Assembly (NCBI GenBank): GCA_965248445.1
Contig: CBDFJG010000004.1
Location: forward strand, 1,408,001-1,472,000
Direction: 5' to 3'
From: Planctomycetota bacterium
GTDB taxonomy: Bacteria; Planctomycetota; JAJSAM01; JAJVHW01
Length of the DNA stretch: 64,000 nt
Shown here piece by piece: positions 47,083-56,844 of the stretch. Numbering within the stretch: position 1 is the stretch's first letter; every line of letters begins with the position of its first letter. The position numbers and the translations under genes are program-made. The notes under the pieces were generated by a model. That model saw only the letters and a list, made by a program, of their open reading frames with translations. It did no database searches and was not told the origin of the DNA.

Positions 47083-49272
47083 TCACTCGTCGAACGTGGC
47101 CTTGACGTGGAGGGTCAGCGCGACGCCCTTCGTGCCCGACTTGACGGCGCCCCTGTCGGTGAGCGGGGGGATGACGGTGGTCATCTCGAAGACCCCGCCG
47201 TTCTTGGTGCTCGTGACGCCCGCGTCCTTCATCTCGACCATCGCGTGTGACCACGCGGGAACCGCCGGTTTGTCTTCGGTCGCGTCCACGCGGTTGGGGA
47301 GGTATCCGAGGGGCTCGCGGCCCCAGTCCATGTGCTTTCCGAACGTACCGATCGAGGAGCCGTTCGGCGCATAGACGGCCACGCGATCACCGCGCAGCAC
47401 GACGAACCCGCCGAGCGGGTACTCGTAGCCGACCTTCTCCTCCGTGTACTGCAGGCGCGGGTCGCTGAACGAGAGCGTTACGGGCTCAGCACCCAGGTTC
47501 TCGAGTTGCAACGTGGCGTTCGCCGTGCCGATGAGCAGGCCGACGAAGCAGATCTGCTTGTCGTCCTCGGTTGACGTCTTGAAGGCCGCCGTGTTTCTGA
47601 TCGCTGCCGCCTGCATGCCCTTGACCGGGATGAACCCGATGCCCTGGGCAGGACCCGTGATGTACACGTGGTCGCCGCCGCTGTCGTCCGGCGTCTGCCG
47701 CTTCAGCCAGCCCGTCGTGCGGCCGGCGTTGACACCGATGAGAGGCTGGCGCTTCTTCTTCGCGTCCGTCTTCGTCCAGTTGGTCGGCTCCTTGCGCGCG
47801 CTCTCCGAAAGACCGACCGGCGGTGGGACGAACTTCCACGGCCCCTGGCCCGAGAAGTCGTTGAAGTTCATCGCGATAAGGACGCCGTAGTCCTTCATTG
47901 GCTGCGCGTACGCGGCGGGGCGGAAGCCCCAGCCCTCGACGCGCGACCTCGAACCCAGCGCGCGCCCGGCGTCCCAGATGCGGTCCGCCGCGAACATCGT
48001 GTAGTCCGCCGCGCCGTAGTACCCGCCGCGCGCAGAGACACTGTGCCCGGCCTGCTTGAAGGGACGTGCTTTCTTGGCGTGCCCCGCATACAGGCGGAAC
48101 GGCTCGAGCACCCACTCGTTGACGTTTCCGGCGAGGTGCCGCAGGCCCTCGGGGGACTCCATCCCATCGCCGGCGTCGACGAGTAGCGGCTCTCGGTAGT
48201 TGCCGGAGTTCTTGAACGCCGCCTTGTCGGTGCTCCACTCGTTGCCCCACGCGAAGCGCCGGCCCTCGGGTCCGCGGGCGGCGTGCTCCCACTCCGCCTC
48301 GGTGGGGATGTGGAGGCCGGCCCATAGGCAAAAGCGCAGACAGTCCTCCCAGGAGACGTAGTTGACGGGCGCCTTGGCGCGACCGTCCTTGATGGCGCCG
48401 TTGTCCGCGAAGCCCACCTCGGGGATCGGGATGCGGTACAGACGGATCGACGTGCCCTTCGGGATCGTGATCTCGTCAGCGCGGGCGAAGAGGGGATCCC
48501 ACTTGGGTCCCTCCTCCGCTTCCGGCTTCTCCGGGTCGTCACCACCGGGCTCCTCCTCACCGTCCCCTTCGTCGCCCGCGCCCTCGTCGCCGGCCGGGTC
48601 GTCTCCGCCGTCCTGGGCGAGCATCTCGGACTTCTTGTCGGTGTCGGCAGGCTTGTCGGTGTCAGCAGGCTTGTCGGTGTCAGCAGGCCTCTCGATCAGT
48701 TGAGGCTTGTCGGCGTCGTCGTCGCCGCCGCCGGCTGCTTCTTCGTCCTTCTTGTCCGGGTTGAAGATGGGCCGGAGGAGTTCCTCGTTCGAGTAGTAGG
48801 TCGTCAGCCACGCGTGCTGGTACGCCGTACCGGCTTCCTCCGGGTCGATCGCGTACTCGTACGTGATGACGTCTTTCAGCGTGCCGGCCGCCGGCAGTTC
48901 GAACACGTAGCTGTTGCGTTCGCTGTTCAGGAAGACGAACCACTGCGCGTTCGTCATCTCGTGGCGCGCCATCGAGTACGGCGACACGGAAACGGTGTGC
49001 GCCGGGGTGGCGTACAGCAGGCCCTGAGGCCACAGCGAGTCCTTGAAGTCGTTGATCTTGCGGGGCTTCTTCTCGAGGTCCACGTCGATGAACTTGTTGA
49101 GGTCCGTTTCGCTCATGCCCATGGGCTGCTCGTCCGCGCCGTCGAACTGGACGTAGCCGAGGAGTCGCTCCTGCGCGTCCGTGGCGTGCGCCTGTCGGGG
49201 CGCGGTGGTGGGGACGACGAACGCCAGGGCCAAGCCGAGCAGAGCGGCCTTGCTGGGTGCGTGTGGACGCAT
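47083..49272 (-). CDS. Exported FGE-sulfatase (SUMF1)-domain protein with acidic insertion
   Basis: Signal peptide; PAH.V, HEMTNAQW, PVNYVSW, PTEAEWEHAARG, LAGNVNEW, RGG, GFR; PADTDK x3 repeat at 48634-48687. Confidence 0.85.
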   Translation of the reverse strand: MRPHAPSKAALLGLALAFVVPTTAPRQAHATDAQERLLGYVQFDGADEQPMGMSETDLNKFIDVDLEKKPRKINDFKDSLWPQGLLYATPAHTVSVSPYSMARHEMTNAQWFVFLNSERNSYVFELPAAGTLKDVITYEYAIDPEEAGTAYQHAWLTTYYSNEELLRPIFNPDKKDEEAAGGGDDDADKPQLIERPADTDKPADTDKPADTDKKSEMLAQDGGDDPAGDEGAGDEGDGEEEPGGDDPEKPEAEEGPKWDPLFARADEITIPKGTSIRLYRIPIPEVGFADNGAIKDGRAKAPVNYVSWEDCLRFCLWAGLHIPTEAEWEHAARGPEGRRFAWGNEWSTDKAAFKNSGNYREPLLVDAGDGMESPEGLRHLAGNVNEWVLEPFRLYAGHAKKARPFKQAGHSVSARGGYYGAADYTMFAADRIWDAGRALGSRSRVEGWGFRPAAYAQPMKDYGVLIAMNFNDFSGQGPWKFVPPPVGLSESARKEPTNWTKTDAKKKRQPLIGVNAGRTTGWLKRQTPDDSGGDHVYITGPAQGIGFIPVKGMQAAAIRNTAAFKTSTEDDKQICFVGLLIGTANATLQLENLGAEPVTLSFSDPRLQYTEEKVGYEYPLGGFVVLRGDRVAVYAPNGSSIGTFGKHMDWGREPLGYLPNRVDATEDKPAVPAWSHAMVEMKDAGVTSTKNGGVFEMTTVIPPLTDRGAVKSGTKGVALTLHVKATFDE

Positions 49273-49475
49273 GGGAACCTCCGGAGGCTGTTGCGTGGCG
49301 ACCCGGAGACACGCGGAGCCCAAACGTGCCGGGGGCGACACGCCAAGGCCGACCGCCCCCGGCACCAGAACGAACGTAGCACGCGCCGTACCGCAGGGGC
49401 CGCGAAACGGCGGTGGCGGCGGGGGGCGGCAGCGGCGTCCGGGGGCTGACGGCGGGGCTCCATTGCGTCAGGCTG

Positions 49476-49522
49476 ATGCGACATCTAGTGGTATACCGAC
49501 ACAAAATCGCAGTATGTAGTGA
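49476..49522. promoter_or_regulatory. Tandem NrdR-box-like sites 31 bp apart
   Basis: ATGCGACATCTAGTGG and TCGCAGTATGTAGTGA versus consensus acaCwAtATaTwGtgt. Confidence 0.6.
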
Positions 49523-49680
49523 CTTACGGCTTGCAGCAGCGAACGTCCTCGCTAAATTCCCATGCTGGTCGGACTGTCTCTGGTGCCGTCGCGTCCCCCC
49601 CCGGCGATCGCGTGACGTGGTGGCTCTCTAGTGCTTCGGAAGTGCGCGCCCGGCAGAGCGCGAGTAGGGGACGTAGCGGT

Positions 49681-50808
49681 ATGGCCAACGACAGCATGGG
49701 CAACCTTGAGAAACTCGGCATCCTCGTCATCGTGATCCTGGTGGTCGTGGTGGGGGTCGTGGCGATCACGCCGTCGGAGACGCTGTTCGACGCGGACCCC
49801 GAGCCGGCCAAACTCGAGGACGGGCTGCGCGATGGTGAGTTCGCGCCGTCTCCGGACACCCTCCCGAGCGGGTTGGAAGCCAACACCGCCTGGCCCGATC
49901 TCTCAGATCCGGACCCGCTCGCCGAGTGGCTCGTCAAGGGAGAGACCGAGACAGTCGAGATCGGGGAGACCCGCCAGACCGCCGACCTCCCGGACGCCGT
50001 CCCGCACCGCAGCGGCGGCGCGCCGCTCCCGCCTCCGACGAACACCAACGGCACGGACCGTGCGCAGCGGAGGCACGTCGGTTCGACGCCGATAGCGCTG
50101 CGCCCCGTCCCTCCTGCCACGGTTACGCGGCAGCCCGCTCACCCGGCAGTGCGGCCCGCTGCGGTACCGGCGTTCTCCGAGTACGTGATTCGCGACGGCG
50201 ATACTCTGTCAGGCATCGCCAAGCGGCTCACACCGGGGCGTTCTTGGACGCACATCGCGCGCGCCAACCCGGACATCGATCCCAACCTGATCAAGGCCAA
50301 CACGGTCCTGCGCATCCCGGTCGCGGCAGCCAACGTGGCAGTGCCCACCGTGCACGGCTCAGGTGCCCGGACGATCCCCGTCATCAGGCCAGTGACACCT
50401 CCCGTCACGCCGGACGGCGGCATCACGACGTACGTCGTGCGCAAGGGAGACTCGCTCAGCAGGATCGCCGCTCACACGCTGGGGAGCGGCAATCACTGGC
50501 GGAAGGTCTTCGATGCCAACCGCAATCTGCTCTCCGACCCGAACCACGTCCGCGAGGGCATGACGCTGCGCATCCCGTCGACGTCGCGTCCGAGCACCGG
50601 CACGACGCTGACTCCGCTGCCGAAGTTCGGCGTGGTGGGTCGCGAAGGGGATCAGACATACGTCGTCCGAGGGGGCGACACGCTCTCGGGGATCGCGCAG
50701 CGCTTCCTGGGCTCGGCCGCCCGGTGGCGTGAGATTCTCGACCTCAATCGCGACCAGGTGCCCACGCCGGAGAAACTCCGGTCCGGCATCACGATCCGCC
50801 TCCCGTAG
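49681..50808 (+). CDS. Membrane-anchored protein with three LysM domains
   Basis: N-terminal TM, Pro-rich linker, three Y.V/I..GD.LS.IA...W..I/V...N...LRIP-type repeats. Confidence 0.92.
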   Translation: MANDSMGNLEKLGILVIVILVVVVGVVAITPSETLFDADPEPAKLEDGLRDGEFAPSPDTLPSGLEANTAWPDLSDPDPLAEWLVKGETETVEIGETRQTADLPDAVPHRSGGAPLPPPTNTNGTDRAQRRHVGSTPIALRPVPPATVTRQPAHPAVRPAAVPAFSEYVIRDGDTLSGIAKRLTPGRSWTHIARANPDIDPNLIKANTVLRIPVAAANVAVPTVHGSGARTIPVIRPVTPPVTPDGGITTYVVRKGDSLSRIAAHTLGSGNHWRKVFDANRNLLSDPNHVREGMTLRIPSTSRPSTGTTLTPLPKFGVVGREGDQTYVVRGGDTLSGIAQRFLGSAARWREILDLNRDQVPTPEKLRSGITIRLP

Positions 50809-51008
50809 GCTCGCCCGGTCGTCCACCGACCTTCCTCTCAGGCTCGGATTCAGCGTGGGAGCGGTCTCCGCGCCGCGCCAATCTGACTCCGGTCTCAGCG
50901 CAGTCTCGGAAGGGATCGCCAATCAGGCGTCAAGTCGGAGCCTCGTACCTCCCGATGGGGAACGGAGCAGTCGCCAGAGGGCCACTGCAAATGGGGAGGC
51001 TGCCAAAG

Positions 51009-51845
51009 ATGTCCCGAAGCATCGCGCTCGCGCTCGCGCTGCTCCTCACGGTGCCGGCTTTGGCCGAGGATCACGAGGTGGAGAAACCGGCCGACGCGCG
51101 GATCGTCGGCGTGCGCTACTCGCTCCTGATGCGCACCGGTCGGGAGATCGGGGGCATCGTCCGGGTGCGCGGCGTCTTCGAGCGCCGCGTCCGGGGTGTC
51201 TGGGAGGAGTGCGACCCCGAGGACAAGGGCGCCGGCGTCCGCCTCTGGTACCCCAAGAAGCAGGACGGCTACACGTTCCACCCGATCATCCAGATCAAGA
51301 AGCTCGACGAGCTCGGCGCGGTCACCGCGGACGAGAGCGCCTCGATCCACCGCGCCCGCCATGCGGCGCAGAGGCGCGCCGACGGCGAGCGCGCCGAGTT
51401 GAAGCGCAAGAGGGAAGAGGCAGCCCGCCGCAGGGCCGAGGCCGAGGCGGCGGAGAAGGGCGAGGACAAGCCCGCCGCCGAAGAGAAGCCGGCCGAAGAC
51501 AAGCCCGCCGACAAGCCGTCTGCGAGCGATGAGGAGAAGAAGCGCGACGAGCGGTTCGAAGAGCTCCTCCTCCAGTATCCGCCGACGGACTGGAAGCCCG
51601 ACCGCCCGAAGAAGATCGAGCGTCGCCGCGTGGTGCTCGGTCTGTTCCCCTCCGACGAGGAGAAGGCGTTCCTCGAGGTCTACGACGAGTGGAACGCAGC
51701 CTACGAATGGTGGGCGGCCAAGATCGCTGACTCGAGCAAGACGGACGGCGAAGAGCCCACCGACGGCGAGGCCGACGGTGAGGGCTCCGAGGACTCCGAA
51801 GCCGGCGCCGCGGACGAGTCCGCCGAGACCGCCGACTCCCGCTAG
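51009..51845 (+). CDS. Exported hypothetical protein with charged low-complexity segments
   Basis: Signal peptide ending ALA; EDKPA repeats; acidic tail. Confidence 0.7.
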   Translation: MSRSIALALALLLTVPALAEDHEVEKPADARIVGVRYSLLMRTGREIGGIVRVRGVFERRVRGVWEECDPEDKGAGVRLWYPKKQDGYTFHPIIQIKKLDELGAVTADESASIHRARHAAQRRADGERAELKRKREEAARRRAEAEAAEKGEDKPAAEEKPAEDKPADKPSASDEEKKRDERFEELLLQYPPTDWKPDRPKKIERRRVVLGLFPSDEEKAFLEVYDEWNAAYEWWAAKIADSSKTDGEEPTDGEADGEGSEDSEAGAADESAETADSR

Positions 51846-51925
51846 CGCAGACGCTCCGCGAAGCCCGTCCCCCTGCCCGCCGGAAAGCCACCGGGCCCCC
51901 TCTCTCCGGGCGTAGACTCCGCGCG

Positions 51926-52984
51926 ATGACATGCTGCACGACGTACCGCCGCATTCAGAGTGGTGAGGCCGCCGGCCTCGGAGCCGGGCTCGCGCGGGGA
52001 GCCCTGAGCGTGCTGGCCGTCCCGTACCGGCTGACCTCAGCGCTCCTCGAGATCGTGAAGACGGGCCAGGGCGGCGTCGACACCGGCGTACCGACCATCT
52101 CCGTCGGCAACATCACCTGCGGCGGCACGGGGAAGACGCCTGTCGTGGAGCTCATCGTCAAGACGCTCCAAGCGAAGGGGCGCCGGCCGGTGATCCTCTC
52201 CCGCGGCTACAAGGCCGAGGACGACGGGGTCAACGACGAGGCGCGCATGCTCGCGCGCAAGTTCCCGGGTGTGATCCACCTGCAGGGGAAGGACCGCGTC
52301 GAGCTGGCGAAGCACGCGTCCGGCGCTCAGCTCGGTGACTCGATCGTGCTCGACGACGGCTTCCAGTACCACGGTGTCGCGCGCGATCTGAACGTGTGCT
52401 GCATCGACGTCACCAATCCGTTCGGGTACGGGGAGGTGCTGCCGCGCGGCCTGCTGCGCGAGCCGCTCTCGTCGCTCTACCGTGCGCGACCCGTGCTGCT
52501 CACGCGCACGGAACTCGCCACGCCCGGACAGATCGCGGAGATCCGCGCCGAGGTGCTGCGTCACAACGAGCACGCGCTGATCGTGGAGTCGGAGATGCGA
52601 ACGACGTCGGTCACGGACGTGAACGGCGACAGCGGCGCTGGACCGTCGTCGATCGCAGGCAAGCGCGTGCTGCTCGCGAGCGGCGTCGGCAGTCCCGACT
52701 CGTTCGAGCGGACGGTGCGCCGAACCGGTGCCCGCGTCGTCGGCCACGACGAGCGTGGCGACCATCACGCGTGGGACGCCGATGACGTGACGAGGCTCGT
52801 CAGCGCAGCGACCGCGGGGCACGCGGAGTACGTCCTCACCACCGAGAAGGATGCGGTCAAGCTGGCCCGCCTCTCCTGGCCGGACGGGGCGCCTCCGCTC
52901 CGAGTGCTCGCGATCGAGGCGGTCGTCACCGAGGGCACCGAGCTCTGGAACGACCTGATCGACGAGGCCCTGAAGCGAGGCTAG
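51926..52984 (+). CDS. lpxK: Tetraacyldisaccharide 4'-kinase
   Basis: SVGNITCGGTGKTP, ILSRGY, DE, LDDGFQ, LPRGLLREP, DHH, TTEKDAVK. Confidence 0.96.
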   Translation: MTCCTTYRRIQSGEAAGLGAGLARGALSVLAVPYRLTSALLEIVKTGQGGVDTGVPTISVGNITCGGTGKTPVVELIVKTLQAKGRRPVILSRGYKAEDDGVNDEARMLARKFPGVIHLQGKDRVELAKHASGAQLGDSIVLDDGFQYHGVARDLNVCCIDVTNPFGYGEVLPRGLLREPLSSLYRARPVLLTRTELATPGQIAEIRAEVLRHNEHALIVESEMRTTSVTDVNGDSGAGPSSIAGKRVLLASGVGSPDSFERTVRRTGARVVGHDERGDHHAWDADDVTRLVSAATAGHAEYVLTTEKDAVKLARLSWPDGAPPLRVLAIEAVVTEGTELWNDLIDEALKRG

Positions 52985-53257
52985 CAGCGGGTTGAATGAC
53001 TCGGCGGGCCACGATCTCGCAACCTGCGGCTTCGGGCTGCGCCCGCGTCGGCAGCCTGGGCTCTGCGCTCACGCGCGGCGCCCAGGCCACCTGCGAGCAG
53101 CCGCAAGTCGCTCGACCGCAAGCGGTTGCGCCCGCCAGCACCGCCTGCTCCGTTGCCGGCACTCAGCGACGCTTCGGCGTCGCATTCGTGCCTCTACGCC
53201 TTGCATCCGGCACCGCCGGACGCAATCGTGGCTCACGCCGACTCCTTCAACCCACAG
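52985..53257. mobile_element. Degenerate MITE-like element
   Basis: Imperfect terminal inverted repeats GGGTTGAAtGAcTCGGCG..GCCACGAT / ATCGTGGC..CGCCGAcTCcTTCAACCC; begins immediately after CTAG at the lpxK stop. Confidence 0.6.
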
Positions 53258-53325
53258 CTGACCTCGCCGCTCCCCGCACTCGCGGGGTTGGAACCGGGCA
53301 GCCGAGCAGGCATGATCCCCTCTCC

Positions 53326-54300
53326 GTGAGCGACACCGGCCCCACGCCCGCCGACCCAAATCGCCCGTTCGACCTCTCGAATGTGCGCACGCGGCCCCTC
53401 GCGGGGCGGCCGACGCTCGTGGACGTGAGCCGATTCGGCAGCCTGCCGCCGGCGGACGCAAGGGTCGGCGAGTTCCTCTCCTCGCTGCCCGACTTCCTCG
53501 GCGCACGCAGCCTGCGTGCGCTGGCAGGACACATCGCCCGGGCGAGCCGCGGCGACCACGGAGTTGCCGCTGCGATGGGTGGCCACGTCGTCAAGACAGG
53601 CTGCTCGCCGATCGTGCTCGACCTGATGGAACGAGGGATCGTGACGTCGCTTCACATGGCCGGCAGCACGGCCATCCACGACTACGAGATCGCCTGCGTC
53701 GGCGAGACGTCCGAGGACGTGGCGGCGGGCCTCGGCGAAGGGCTCTACGGGATGGCCGACGAAACGGGACGCGCGTTCGCCGTTGCGTCCACGCGTGCAC
53801 GGGCAGAGGGTGTCGGTCTCGGCCGCGCGCTCGGCCTCGGCGTGCTGGAGAATGCGCTGCCGCACGCGGACGTTTCACTCCTCGCCGCCGCGGCGAAGCG
53901 CGAGTTGCCCTGCACGGTCCACGTCGCGATCGGCACCGACACCGTGCACATGCACCCGGATGTCGATGGCGCGGACGCCGGTGCGGCGACGCAGCTCGAC
54001 TTCGAGATCGCGTGCAGCGTCGTGGCGGGCCTCGACCACGGCGTGTGGCTGAACATCGGTTCCGCCGTGATCTTGCCCGAGGTGTTCCTGAAGTGCGTGA
54101 CCGTCGCACGCAACACCGGCCATCCAGTGGAGGACCTGACGACGGCGAACTTCGACATGCTCCGGCACTACCGGCCGATCACGAACGTCGTGAAGCGCCC
54201 GCCCGCGCGCGGATACGACATCGCCGGGCATCACGAGATCATGCTTCCGTTGCTCCGCATGGCGGTGCTCGCCGCTCTCGCCGATGGGAGCGGCTCGTGA
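53326..54300 (+). CDS. Conserved hypothetical protein, deoxyhypusine-synthase-like fold
   Basis: GGHVVKTG, IHDYE, GETSEDV, HVAIGTDTVH.HP, GSAVILPEVFLK, GHHEIMLP. Confidence 0.7.
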   Translation: MSDTGPTPADPNRPFDLSNVRTRPLAGRPTLVDVSRFGSLPPADARVGEFLSSLPDFLGARSLRALAGHIARASRGDHGVAAAMGGHVVKTGCSPIVLDLMERGIVTSLHMAGSTAIHDYEIACVGETSEDVAAGLGEGLYGMADETGRAFAVASTRARAEGVGLGRALGLGVLENALPHADVSLLAAAAKRELPCTVHVAIGTDTVHMHPDVDGADAGAATQLDFEIACSVVAGLDHGVWLNIGSAVILPEVFLKCVTVARNTGHPVEDLTTANFDMLRHYRPITNVVKRPPARGYDIAGHHEIMLPLLRMAVLAALADGSGS

Positions 54301-55775
54301 AGGACCTCATCGCACGGCTCGCCGAGATGGGCACGCCGACGATCGTCGTGGTCGGCGACGTCATGCTCGATCACTACGTGTTCGGGCGCGTCGAGCGCAT
54401 CTCGCCGGAGGCGCCGATCCAGGTGTTGCGCGCGAACCGCGAGGAGGAGCGGCCGGGCGGTGCTGCGAGCGTGGCGACCAACCTCGTGGCCCTCGGCGCT
54501 GACGCCCGCATCGTCGGGTACATCGGCGACGACGCGGTCGCGACGGCGCTGCGCTGGCTGCTCGAGGAGCATGGCGTCGACTCTGCCGGCCTCGTCGCGG
54601 TCGCCGACCGAGGCACGACGCTCAAGACGCGCATGATCGCCGGCCGCGCGGGTGGCAATCAGCAGGTGTTGCGCGTGGACCGCGAGGATGTCTCGCCGTT
54701 CGAACCGGGACACGAGGAGCAGCTACTCGCTGCGTTCGAGACGGCGCTCGACGGAGCCGCGTGCGTCGTCATATCGGACTACGCGAAGGGAGTGCTGAGC
54801 TGGAACGTGTCGCAGGGCGTCGTCAAGCGCGCCCGCGCGGCCGGCGTGCCGGTGGTCGTGGACCCCAAGGGCAAGGACTTCGCACGCTACGAAGGCGCGA
54901 CGGTCGTCACGCCGAACCGCAAGGAGACGATCGAGGCGACCGGTGTCCAGCTGATCGACCGGGCTGCGATCCTGGATGCGGGGCGCAAACTGCTCGACAT
55001 CGCCGGCGTGGACGCCGCGGTCGTCACTCTCGACAAGGACGGCATCGCGCTGGTCACGCGGGACGGCGACGCCCGCGTAGTCCCGACGACTCCGCGCAGC
55101 GTCCACGACCCCACGGGCGCAGGCGACGTCGTCGTGGCGGCGCTTGGGCTGGGACTCGCCGAGGGGCTGGGCCTCTACGAGGCCGTCCTTCTCGCGAACG
55201 CCGCCGGAGGGGTCGAGGTCTCGAAGGTCGGCGCCGTTCCGGTGACGCGAGAAGAGGTGTCGATCGCACTGGGCTCGCGACCCGTCGGCTCGCACCGCGT
55301 GGTGACCGTGGGCGAGTTGAGCGAGGCGTTGCAGCGCGAACGCGCGGCGGGCCGCGTGATCGTGTTCACGAACGGGTGTTTCGACATCCTGCACGCGGGC
55401 CACGTCCGCTACCTCGACGCCGCGCGCAGCGAGGGCGACGTGCTGGTGGTCGGTCTCAACTCCGACGCGTCGGTGACCCGCCTGAAGGGCGCGGGCCGGC
55501 CGGTCAACTCCCAGGCGGATCGCGCGGAGATGCTCTCGTCGCTCGCGAGCGTCGACTACGTGGTTCCGTTCGAGGAGGACACGCCCGCCGCACTGGTGGA
55601 AGCGGTGCAGCCGGACGTGCTCGTCAAGGGCGAGGATTACCGCGACAAGGTCGTCGTCGGTTCGGACTTCGTCGAGGCCCGTGGCGGCCGCGTCGTGCTG
55701 GTGCCGCTCCTCGCCGGTCGCTCCACTTCCGATCTTGTCGATCGCATTCGGAACGCGGGCGGGAACGCAGACTGA
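54297..55775 (+). CDS. hldE: Bifunctional heptose 7-phosphate kinase / heptose 1-phosphate adenylyltransferase
   Basis: GDVMLD..RISPEAP, SDYAKG, DPK, TPN, D.TGAGD; FTNGCFDILHAGH, KG..RPVN. Confidence 0.96.
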   Translation: MKDLIARLAEMGTPTIVVVGDVMLDHYVFGRVERISPEAPIQVLRANREEERPGGAASVATNLVALGADARIVGYIGDDAVATALRWLLEEHGVDSAGLVAVADRGTTLKTRMIAGRAGGNQQVLRVDREDVSPFEPGHEEQLLAAFETALDGAACVVISDYAKGVLSWNVSQGVVKRARAAGVPVVVDPKGKDFARYEGATVVTPNRKETIEATGVQLIDRAAILDAGRKLLDIAGVDAAVVTLDKDGIALVTRDGDARVVPTTPRSVHDPTGAGDVVVAALGLGLAEGLGLYEAVLLANAAGGVEVSKVGAVPVTREEVSIALGSRPVGSHRVVTVGELSEALQRERAAGRVIVFTNGCFDILHAGHVRYLDAARSEGDVLVVGLNSDASVTRLKGAGRPVNSQADRAEMLSSLASVDYVVPFEEDTPAALVEAVQPDVLVKGEDYRDKVVVGSDFVEARGGRVVLVPLLAGRSTSDLVDRIRNAGGNAD

Positions 55776-56842
55776 TGCGCGGCCGTCCGGCCGTGTTCCT
55801 GGACCGCGACGGCACGCTGATCGACCAGGACGGATACCTGGGCGATCCCGACGGCGTGGTCGCGTTCCCCGGAGCCGCCGAGGCGATGCGACTACTGTCC
55901 GAGAAGGGCTGGCAGCGCCTGGTCGTCACCAACCAGAGCGGTGTCGCCCGCGGAATGTTCACCGTCGCGCAGTATCGACAGGTCGAGCAAGCGGTCGCCG
56001 ACGCCGTGGGGGAGCCGGACGGCTCGTTCGCCTGCTTCCACCTGGCTGCCGACGACGGTGGGGCGGTCGAGCCGTGGAACACGGCGTGCACGTGCCGCAA
56101 GCCCGCGCCGGGATTGCTCCTGCGCGCCGCGGAGGAGCGCGCCGTGGATCTGGCGCGGAGCGTCCTGCTCGGCGACGACTTGCGCGACCTGCTTGCAGCG
56201 AAGGCGGCGGGAGTGGAGCCCGTGCTCGTGCGCACGGGCAAGGGCCGGGACAACGAAGCGCGCCTTGCAGAGCACGGACTCGGCGAGGCGTGGGTCGTGG
56301 ATGGAGTGCTCGAGTTCGCGCAGTCGTTGCCGGTGGCCGGGTCAGCGAACGCGCGCGTCACCGGGGCGCCCATCGTGTTGGACCGCGCGCGACTCGGGAC
56401 GCTCCTGTCCCTCGAGCGCTCTCGCGGACGGCAGATCGTGTTCGCGAACGGGTGCTTCGACGTCCTGCATGCCGGGCACGTGCGGTACCTGCAAGGGGCG
56501 GCAGCCGAGGGCGACGTCCTCGTGGTCGCGCTGAACTCGGACGAGAGCGTGCGTCGCAACAAGGGCGAGGGCCGACCGGTTCAGCCCGCGCTCGACCGGG
56601 CCGAGATCATCGCCGCGATCGCGGGCGTCGACTACGTGACGATCTTTGGGGAGGCCACAGCGGACGAGATCCTGCGTGCGCTCCGCCCGCATGTGCACGC
56701 CAAGGGAACCGACTGGCGTGCCGAGGACGTCCCCGAGGCGGCCACCGTGAGCGAGATCGGCGGGCGCGTCGCGATCGTCGGTGACGCGAAGACACGTTCA
56801 TCGACACAGGTGCTCGACCGGGTTCGGGACGGCGGGAACTGA
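55775..56842 (+). CDS. gmhB: Heptose 1,7-bisphosphate phosphatase GmhB fused to a second RfaE-II/HldC-type nucleotidyltransferase domain
   Basis: FLDRDGTL, TNQSG, CTCRKP.PG, then in frame FANGCFDVLHAGH...KG.GRP...KGTDW. Confidence 0.88.
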   Translation: MRGRPAVFLDRDGTLIDQDGYLGDPDGVVAFPGAAEAMRLLSEKGWQRLVVTNQSGVARGMFTVAQYRQVEQAVADAVGEPDGSFACFHLAADDGGAVEPWNTACTCRKPAPGLLLRAAEERAVDLARSVLLGDDLRDLLAAKAAGVEPVLVRTGKGRDNEARLAEHGLGEAWVVDGVLEFAQSLPVAGSANARVTGAPIVLDRARLGTLLSLERSRGRQIVFANGCFDVLHAGHVRYLQGAAAEGDVLVVALNSDESVRRNKGEGRPVQPALDRAEIIAAIAGVDYVTIFGEATADEILRALRPHVHAKGTDWRAEDVPEAATVSEIGGRVAIVGDAKTRSSTQVLDRVRDGGN

Positions 56843-56844
56843 GG

